NCBI RefSeq assembly: GCF_009914755.1
Contig: NC_060940.1
Reading direction: 5' to 3' (one strand)
Length of the DNA: 64,000 bases
DNA from: the human T2T-CHM13v2.0 reference genome, Homo sapiens
Shown: one piece after another, positions 54,951 to 64,000 of the stretch
Numbering within the stretch: the first letter of the stretch is position 1
Layout of the letters: each line of letters starts with the position of its first letter
Made by a program: the position numbers and the translations under genes
Notes under the pieces: model-generated
The model's database searches: none
The model's input: the letters and a program-made list of their open reading frames with translations, nothing else
What the model was told of the DNA's origin: nothing

Positions 54951-56179
54951 TTCTCTTGAAGGCTGCAACACTGGAAAGCATTTTGCAATTCCTCAATAAG
55001 CTCAGCACACAGCTAGCTTTTTTTTTTTCTTTTCTTTTTTTTTTTTTTTTTTTGCCAGCCAAGGAATGGATTATTGTTTTTTTCGTTGAGCATCTGGTGG
55101 ATAGATGGCTTGCATTTAGGGGATATAAATGTAAAAATCACAGCATGGGGATTCAGAGATAGGCATGTGGGAACTAAGACCTGCTATATTTTACAAGAAG
55201 CTATGTTAATTATATTTGTCCAGGGTACCCAAGATAATTTGCATCTTTACTAAGCTCACCTGTATCTCTTCCACTAAAGGTCTCAAGCAAGGAGGAAACT
55301 GGCCACAAACTCCACTCAGGTATTTGGGTAGGGCTGTCGGAAAGGCACTTTTATTCTTCTACTCTTATCGCAACTGGGGTTCAGTCATAGAGAACAGACA
55401 CCACTCTAGCTGGTTTCTCCAAGTGTTAAGGTGAATAGCAAGGTTTTGGTGACTTTCATTGCCTTTGAAAAGGAGGAATGCCAGACCCTTGGCTATTTTG
55501 AGGGAGGCAAATCCTAGCCCCGAGAGCTGCATACTGCATCTAAGCTCAGGGAAGCTGCTTCTCTTGCTGCAGAAAGCTAGTGGGTGCAGCACCTGCCTTT
55601 GGAGAACCACTGTGCTTTGCCTCTGGTCCATGCCCGCAAAGGGGGTGCCTCAAATCCTGCCTTCATCTAGACTCAATTCCACTTTGAGTATCACACAGTG
55701 CATCTGATCAGAGGACCCAAATTAAACTCAGAACTTACCTGTCAGTGTGTCTGGGGAATTTAGGTTTTTGGTTTCTGGTCTTGGCAGTAGAAGAAGATTA
55801 TAATGTTCATTGAATTAGCCAGATCACCAGCCTACCACAATTAGGGGAGCCTTGAAGACAAGCTGACCACAGGTTTATTCTCTTTTTTTCTTTCAATGTC
55901 CATACCTGATCCTTGGGGATTTAGTGCCACAGAGCAAAGACTACAGCTTCTCATGCCTGAGAAAAAGAATCCAGAGGAGCATATAGATGGAGAGAATGAG
56001 CCTAGAGTGGAGCCGGCAAGCACCGTCTCCCTGAGAGGGTCTGTAGAGGGCATGGAACTGGTTGTCATTGTGTGCCTCTGGCTGCGCACACACACTGGAG
56101 CTGTTAATCTATGATCCTATCAGTGTCCAAGATTTGACCAACTAGCTTAAGTATTTTTCTCTTTGGGATAGAATAATAC

Positions 56180-56995
56180 TAATAATCATCACCACTGCCA
56201 TCATCATCGTCATCATTACCATCATCATCACCAACATCACCACTGCCGTTGTCACCACTGTCACCATCATCATCACTACCACACCACCACCATCGTTATT
56301 ACCACTGCTGTTGTCACCAATGTCACCACCATCATTATCATCATTACCAGCTTATTATTATCATCACCATCAACATTGCCACCATCATCACCATCAGTAT
56401 CACTGCTACCATTGTCACCAATGTTAACACCATTACCACCAACATCAACACTGCCATTGTCACCACCATTATCATCATCATTGTCATTATCACTATCATC
56501 ATTGTCATCACCACTATTATCATTGCCACTGTCATCACCATCAACATCTCCACTGCCATTGTCACTGGTGTCACCATCATCACTATCAGTATCACCACCG
56601 TCATCATCGTTACCGTCACTACCATCATCACCATTACCACTGCCATTATCACCAATGTAACCGTCATCACCATGAACATCACCACTGCCATTGTCACCAA
56701 TGTAAGCACCATCACCATCACCATCAACATCATTGTCCTCATAAATATCACCATCATCACTGTCATCAACAGCACCACCACCATTATCATTACCATCATC
56801 TTCATCATCACCACTGCCTTTGTCACCAGTGTCACCGTTATCATCAAGATCATCAACAACACTATCATTGTCATCACTATCAATGTCTCCACCAGCACGA
56901 TAATGGTTGTCATCATTGTCATCACTATCACCACCACCACCATCATCATCACTATCAGTATCACCACCACTACTGTAATCACCATCATATTAATC
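56180..56995. repeat. Degenerate (CAT/CAC)n triplet low-complexity tract, about 0.8 kb
   Basis: Continuous catcaccatcatt-type sequence with a recurring cactgccattgtcaccaatgt submotif. Confidence 0.97.
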
Positions 56996-57185
56996 AATTC
57001 ATATTTACAAAGTACTTTCTTTGTCAGGTATTATGCTAAAACCCCACCTGCAGCATCTCAGTCATTTCTTACACAACCTTAGAAGGTGGGTACTGTTGCT
57101 ATCCCCATTTTACAGAAAAGAAGACACACCCAGATGAGTAGGAGGGGCCGTGATTTGAACCTCAGTTGTCTGAGTCCAAAGTAAA
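56995..57185 (-). mobile_element. MIR
   Basis: atttacaaagtactttcttgtcaggtattatgctaa...ctatccccattttacaga...gatttgaacctcag. Confidence 0.8.
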
Positions 57186-58589
57186 GGGGTAGAGGGGCTC
57201 TCTTGCTTCTGAGATTAGCAAATATAGCTCAAGAATGTGGGCATGAACTATGTAATCTCTCTTAGAGGCAAGGTGATATTTTTTCAAGTGAAAAAGGGAG
57301 AGCTATTAAGTCAGAAATCCCCCCTGGATGTCCATAGGACATTTGTAATGGCAAATGCAAGAAGAAATGTGGGTAGGGAGAATAGCGGTTGAACTGTTGA
57401 GGTCATGAAGAGGATAGATGACAGGAAGTATGAAATCTTAGACAATTTTCCAGTGGTTTCTAATATGTGTCTTTCTATCCACTGCAAGAAAAATAAGAAG
57501 ACACCACCATATCTCACATGTTAGCCTCTCAATCAGTAGCCTATTATCTTGTCTGTTCAGGTGTTTAATGGAAGGTCCTCTCTCCTGCTGACCCAAAAGC
57601 TTAATGAATCTAGAATTCTCCACCCCATATCAGTGAGCTGGGCATCCCCTTGCAAGACAGCCTCATTGCAGCCACGCACAGGGTAACATTTCCTCTTTGC
57701 TTCATATTCTAATGAATAAATGATATTCCCATTGGTTATTTATCCACTTTTAGAATTTGAATGGAATTCTACAGATAATTGCGGCATTTCAGCATTTGAT
57801 AGGAAATTGGCACCTGCTGCATGGAGATAATAGTTCAATTCAGCATCTATGAAATAGGGAATTTTCTGCTAATTCCTGCCTTGAAATTTGTAAATCATCA
57901 GTGGAGTTGGTTATTAAAATTCAAGAGTTTAAAGACCTGGAGCCAAGAGGGAACGTACCTTCTTCATTAAAATTACAGTAACCAACAATGACTGCCGGAC
58001 TGAAGATTCTCAGCCCAGAAGGCTCAAAGCAACTCAGGAGCAAGAAAGCTTAGTGGCAGTATGATTGTCTCTCCAAGAGATTCAAACTGCAGAACAGGAG
58101 CGAGTTGGCTCTAGGGCACTTGTCAAAATGTGCAGAAATGAGAGATGGCTGCAAGACATAGGGGAGAGGCAGGGACTTTGGGGTCAGGCAGACGATGGTT
58201 AGAATTCTAGCTGTCTATGGCTTTAGGCCTTTCTGGGTCTCCGTTTCTGCACTTGTAAGGTAAAAAATTCCCTTTTTGGCAAGAAGTAACTACCTTCTAT
58301 GTAGTCTTTAGTTAATCTAAGATCACATCTATCCATTTTTCACCCATTTACTTAACAATTATTTACTACAAGTCACTTAAGTGTGAGATTCTCCCAGGTC
58401 CTAGGGGAGGACAGTGGAGAACAAAGCCGGGCTTGTTCTCTGCCCTCATGAATATTCTTCACAAAAGTCTTCAACCGTGTCTTCATGGAGCCAGGATGAG
58501 TGCAAAGACCCCAAAAGGAAAATAAAAAATTGCACGAGGCTGATGGGAATGCCTGCCTTATTATCCAAGGAGTCAACTTGGTGGGTTGA

Positions 58590-58752
58590 GCTTTTTGGGG
58601 TGATGGAAATGTTCCATGTTTTTATTGCGATGGTGACTATACGATCTTACACATTTTTGAAAACTCATCAAACCCTGTGCCTAAACAGGGGGTACATCTT
58701 ACTGTATGCATGTTATCAATACACCTGACTTCCAAAACAAATGAACAAAAAA
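58590..58752 (+). mobile_element. Old L1M (ME-like) 3' end
   Basis: ttttggggtgatggaaatgttcc...aaaactcatcaaac...tactgtatgcatgttatcaata. Confidence 0.75.
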
Positions 58753-59510
58753 AGTCCCCTTCTGAAATGAAATAGGCAGTCAGTCTGGTATACTGTTGTA
58801 GTTGCTGAGCCTAAACATTTCACCAACTAGGAAATTAGAATTAAAGAGACTGGGGACTAACACAGTTTCTAAACTTTCACTTTGGCTTGTGAGAATATAC
58901 AAACGCTTCTGAGCACCACTGACTTCCACAAAGACCTCGTAAACGCTAGGCTGTGGGTGGACTCATCCCTCATCTGGCAGCCATGGGGGTCCAGGAAGGC
59001 CACTGGGGAAGCAACTTACCATGATTCACATTGCCAGGTGATCCGAAGATCAACTCCAATGTGCAAGTGGCGCTCTTGTCTCTGGCCTTAGATTGTCCTC
59101 CCGAGCAGCAGTGCTGTCAGTGGAGTAGCTGCCCTGGGCCGGGGTGGTCATGCCTGATATTTACGTGACCTTGGCCAGGTCAGCTGGGCAAACTCAGGCC
59201 TTAGTTCCTAGAAAGTGATCATGAAGTCAGCATGGTCACCTAGTCCCCAAGGTGCCTCATGATGTTACTCTTGTCCACTTGCAGAGAGCTTTCCCAAACA
59301 CCCTTGTGTCCTTCCTCTTTCCCTTCTCCTGGCTTCCTTCTCCCTTTCCCTCTTACCTCTTTATTCCCTTCCTATCTCTTCTTTCCTGTTTTTCTCTTTC
59401 CCATTCTCACCTTTTCTTCCCAGCCCTTCCTTCCTTCTCACCTTTCCTTCCCATCCGCGTCCATGCTGATGCTCTAGTCTTTCCCTGGGATGCGTCTTCT
59501 TTTCTCTCAG

Positions 59511-59683
59511 CTTTCTCTCTCCAAGGCTGCTGAGGACATCTATTCTGCCCTACCCCACCCTTCATTTTCTCCATTTCCTTCATGCTTCCTGACCTCGACC
59601 CTTCTCCTGTTCTGATGACTGGGCACGTGTTACCTATTAGAGCTGAAGAGAACTTCGTTGTCCATGTAATAAGAACATGCACG
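59511..59683 (+). repeat. Short local duplication, copy A (paralog at 61080-61252)
   Basis: Shared blocks tctccaaggctg(c/t)tgaggacatct, gacccttctcctgtt, gttgtccatgtaataag. Confidence 0.92.
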
Positions 59684-59819
59684 AACAGCCCAGGCACTTT
59701 CCCAGGGTGTTTATGGCTGGAGAAAACTCCATCCTTACGCCCTACCTGGTTTCATGTTCTTCTCCTTACCTGTTGGGTCTCTGAGATAGGTGTCTTGTCT
59801 GTTCAAAGAGCACAGGTTT

Positions 59820-60095
59820 GGCCAGACATGGTGGCTTATGCCTGCAATCTTAGCGCTTTGAGAGGCTGAGGTGGGAGTATCACTTGAGGCTAAGTGTTAG
59901 AGACCTGCCTGGGCAACAGAGACCCCACGTCTACACAAAATAGGAATTTTTTCTACTTGGGATTCTGAGGCAGGAGGATCACTTGAGCCCAGGGGTTCAA
60001 GGCTGCAGTTAGCTGTAATTGTGCCACTGTACTCCAGCCTGGGCAAGAGAACAAGATTCTGCCAAAAAATAAAATAAAAAGAAAGAAAGAAAAAC
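59820..60095 (+). mobile_element. AluJ with deletion at the start of the right arm
   Basis: gaggatcacttgagcccaggggttcaaggctgcagt; TSD-like aaa(g/c)agcaca. Confidence 0.9.
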
Positions 60096-61005
60096 AGCAC
60101 ATGCTTTCATGCTTTAATCCCCTCTGAAACCTGATTTCCTCTAAGCCCCATGGAGTGTTGCCATTGCCAAAGAAACCCTTGGTAGAGGAAATGAGGCAGC
60201 ATCCATGTTTGATCCTCCAATGAATTGATCATCTTGCTCAGGTCCACTGATCTCAAAGCTAGGTTCACGAGACTGAGTGCACCTGCCTGTCGCCTTCCTC
60301 TTTGGTGCCAAACACCCACATTGCTATTGGGCAGCAGCTCTCAGATGACTTTACATGCTGGCTTCCATCTCATACACTGAGCTCATTCCCTGTAGGCTAT
60401 AGGGAATAGCATATCCTTGGCTTGGATGAGCTCAGTGGGAGCTCATCCAAGAAGGAAGGGAGATAAGGGTGTTTAAGAAAGGTCACTGCAAGTGAGCAAA
60501 AGTAACATCGTGAGACACCTTGGGGAGTAAGTGACTGTGATGATTTTAAACACTTTCTAGCACAGGGTTTGGCATATAGTAGATGTGCAGATAAAGTTGG
60601 CTCACACAAACTGGCCACAAAAAAGAAAGAAAAGAAAGAAGACAACTCCAAGGAAGATACACCATGAGAGAAGTATGTGAAGTCCACAGTGGTAGGAAGG
60701 AATGGGGGCCATGCCTTGTGATCATATGGTTTATCCAGCTTTCCTTAGTTACTCCGTTTCTGTGCCTGAACTGTCTGTGGTCACAGAGATATTACCCCTG
60801 GCTAGGAAATATGATGGAACCACCTTTTAATAGCATCCTTATCTCAGTTTAACTGAAGGAAGGGGTCAGGACCCTCCATGGGCACCAAGGAGACGTCTTC
60901 AAGCCACTCTGCATTTCATGGCTTCCATTACTCAAACCCAGACAGTGTTAGTTCTGAAATGACAGAACAAAGCAGACTATTGCCTGAATTCATTCTTCTC
61001 AATCA

Positions 61006-61560
<555 letters not shown>

Positions 61561-62277
61561 TCATTTGACACATGTTCCCCAGATGGGAGGAAGGCGCGGG
61601 TAGAGTACACATGTGTTCTTAAAAGCAGAGGTTTGCTTAGGGTCCTCTTCCTGTGTTCAGAGGAACAAAGACGGTGACATGCTGACCTTAGAGTTCACAG
61701 GGGGATTTGGACGTCCATGACTCATTCATTTTCCTTCTTTACTGGCTGCGATGATGACGGCGGGAGGTTTTGTTACACGTGGACCCGTGGAGCCACTCTT
61801 CCTGCCTTTGCCACAAGCCTGCCACCTGGCACCCCCCATCCCTTTTGAGCAGTGTCGAAATGAACCTGGCGTCCTGGAGACATACCAGGACATCTGTTTT
61901 GGGAAGTATGGGGTATAGGGCTTTAGAATTCTGAGCTGCCTCCTTTGTGTCAGAATCAGATGTGTCACTATCTATAGCGACCCCTCCTCCCATCTTTTTT
62001 ACTTTCCTAAAAGTGCACCCGAGTAGCACTGGGTGTGGGGTGATGGGAGGTGTGATTCAGCCACCCACGGCCATATGGGGCTGCTGCTTGTCCCAGCTTC
62101 TGCTGCGTTTCCCTCCCCGACTCTCCTCCCTGCTTCCCAGTGAGAGGAGGGCTCGCCACCCTGTTTCCTGGATGCCTGGGCCGAGTGGGGCCCGGATCGG
62201 GGTCATTTGAAAGCCCTGTGAAGAGTTGAACATGAAGTGGAAGCTATTTAAATTTTTCTTAATTTATTTTTTGAACA

Positions 62278-62640
62278 GTCTCTCTGTCACCTGGCATTTT
62301 CCTGTGCTGGTGTCTCTCAGATTGTCTGTCTCTGTCTCTATCTGTGCCTCTCTCTGCCCCCTCCCCTCTCTCCATCTGTGTGTGTCTGTCTCTTTGCTCT
62401 GCCTTTCTCTCCATCTGTTTATGTGTCTGTGAATTTGTCTTTGTCTCTTTTTCATTCTTTTTTCCCTCTTTTCTCTTTGTCCCTCTTTCCCCCCTTCTCT
62501 TTCCCTCCCTTCTTCCTTGTTTCTCGCTCTCTCTCCCCCTCCGTCTCTCTCCCCCTCCCTCTCTCCCTGTCTCTCTTCCTCCCTTCTTTCCTGGCCCCCT
62601 CTCACTTTATTCCTATCTTTCTCTGATTCTGTTTCAGTCT
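62278..62640. repeat. CT-rich polypyrimidine low-complexity tract
   Basis: tctctgtc/tccct/ttctc repeats over about 360 bp. Confidence 0.92.
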
Positions 62641-62839
62641 CATCCTCTTTCCCTCAAGCACCTCCTTCATTTAAAAAGGTGGGCAGAGGTGAGTGAGGGG
62701 TACTGAGAGTGATGGTGACTTGCATTGCCCATAATCTGCTTGAGGTCTAATATGGCTCCACTTTCTGCTGGATGCTTCATGTCAGCAATCAGTGTCATTA
62801 TGTGAGGTCTGTCGTCATTTTTTTTAAAAAAAGATTCTG

Positions 62840-63152
62840 GGCTGGGTGCAGTTGCTCACGCCTGTAATCCCAGCACTTTGGGAGGCCAAGGCAGGTGAAT
62901 CACTTGAGGTTAGGAGTTCAAGAACAGCCTGGCCAATATGGTAAAACTCGGTCTCTCCTAAAAGTACAAAAAGTTACCCAGGCGTGGTGGCGTGTGCCTG
63001 TAGTCCCAGCTACTTTGGAAGGCTGAGGCAGGAGAATCTCTTGAACCTAGGAGGTGGAGGTTGCAGTGAGTCGAGATCATGCTGCTACACTGCAGCGTGG
63101 GCAACAGAGTGAGACTCCATCTCAAAAATAAATAAATAAAATTAAAACAAAA
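62840..63152 (+). mobile_element. AluS
   Basis: Full dimer; TSD aaaa(g/t)attctgg. Confidence 0.95.
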
Positions 63153-63339
63153 ATATTCTGGATTTTTTTTTTTTTTTTTTGCCTGTCCATGTACTACAAT
63201 TTTCTGCCTTATCCTGCTGCTATGTGGCTAACTCTTTATCCTGCTTTTTGTATGTCAGCAAATCTGTACTTCTCACTAAGTTTAGGGTGCTTGGGGTCTT
63301 CCTTTGCACTGTCTCCGTACCTAAACAACCCCTTCTACA

Positions 63340-63465
63340 GAGCTCAAGATTGGATGATGGCTGCACAACTCTGTGAATTAACTAAAAACCCTGACTTGTA
63401 CACTTTAAATGGATGACATGGAGTAATGTCTGAATTATATCTCAATAAAGTCTGGTTTTAAAAAT
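63340..63465 (+). mobile_element. L1M (MB/ME-like) 3' end
   Basis: gatggctgcacaactctgtgaattaactaaaaacc...tacactttaaatgg...tgaattatatctcaataaag. Confidence 0.8.
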
Positions 63466-63472
63466 TTGTTTC

Positions 63473-63783
63473 TTTTTTTATTCTTTTATTTTTATTTATT
63501 TTTAAAAATTATACTTTAAGTTCTGAGACACATGTGCAGAACGTGCAGGTTTGTTACATAGGTACACATGTGCCACAGTGGCTGGCTGCACCCGCCAACC
63601 TGTCATCTACATTAAGTATTTCTGCTAATGTTATCCCTCCCCTTGCCCCCCACCCCCTCCAGGCACCAGTGTGTGATGTTCCCCTTCCCTGTGTCCATGT
63701 GTTCTCATTGTTCAACTCTCACTTATGAGTGAGAACATGCAGTGTTTGGTTTTCTGTTCCTGTGTTAGTTTGCTGAGAATGAT
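63473..63783 (-). mobile_element. L1PA7-like 3' end
   Basis: attatactttaagttctg...tcatctacatta...ttagtttgctgagaatgat; TSD-like tctggt..ttaaaaa..tgttt. Confidence 0.94.
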
Positions 63784-63804
63784 CTTCTGGTCTTTAAAAA
63801 ATGT

Positions 63805-63945
63805 TTTCATACATTATATTTATACATATTCATGAAAGTACGTATGAAACTTTGTCACATGCAGAGAATGTGTAATGATCAAGGCAGGGTGTTTAGGGTA
63901 TCCATCACCCAAGTATTTAACGTCTCTATGTGTTAGGTATATATC
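63805..63945 (-). mobile_element. L1MA 3' end fragment
   Basis: catgcagagaatgtgtaatgatcaaggcagggtgtttagggtatccatcacc. Confidence 0.8.
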
Positions 63946-64000
63946 AACAACGCTGTTTCTTTAAAAAGTAAATCTAAAGAAAGTATAGCCCAGGTGCGGT

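Noticed and set aside
56249-57082. 277-aa ORF (+) and overlapping 217-aa (-) and 94-aa (+) ORFs
   Set aside because: They result from a CAY triplet repeat that lacks stop codons; composition is homopolymeric, the longest has a non-ATG start, and there is no gene context.
62050-62220. GC-rich patch as a CpG island promoter
   Set aside because: Too short and too few CpGs.
63987-64000. Possible Alu start at the window edge
   Set aside because: Only about 14 bp are visible, too little to call.

Overview
Non-coding primate nuclear DNA, most likely human (AluJ, AluS and AluY are all present), either intergenic or deep inside a large intron. I see no supportable protein-coding exon, RNA gene, CpG island or CRISPR array. 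The ORF track is explained by repeats, low-complexity sequence and chance; the only protein-like signals are decayed L1 ORF1 and ORF2 remnants. The window is a mosaic of about 19 Alus, many MIR and L2 fragments, L1PA/PB/MA/MB/ME pieces, solo LTRs (MLT2A1, THE1D, MSTA-like, MLT1, LTR16/33-like) and small DNA transposons (MADE1 x2, MER81, Tigger4a, MER6-like, MER20). Most notable: (1) an MLT2A1 solo LTR that has captured a ~406-bp copy of sequence from 1.5 kb downstream, with a fold-back palindrome at the junction; (2) a 5 x 101-bp tandem array whose unit carries adjacent hairpins with a variable tetraloop; (3) template-switch scars in MER20 and in an L1PA that also hosts a MADE1; (4) a second short local duplication; (5) two candidate cryptic exons and a few enhancer-like motif clusters. 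I found no evidence of a new gene system. Repeat subfamilies were assigned by eye from recalled consensus sequences, and boundaries of old repeats are approximate.
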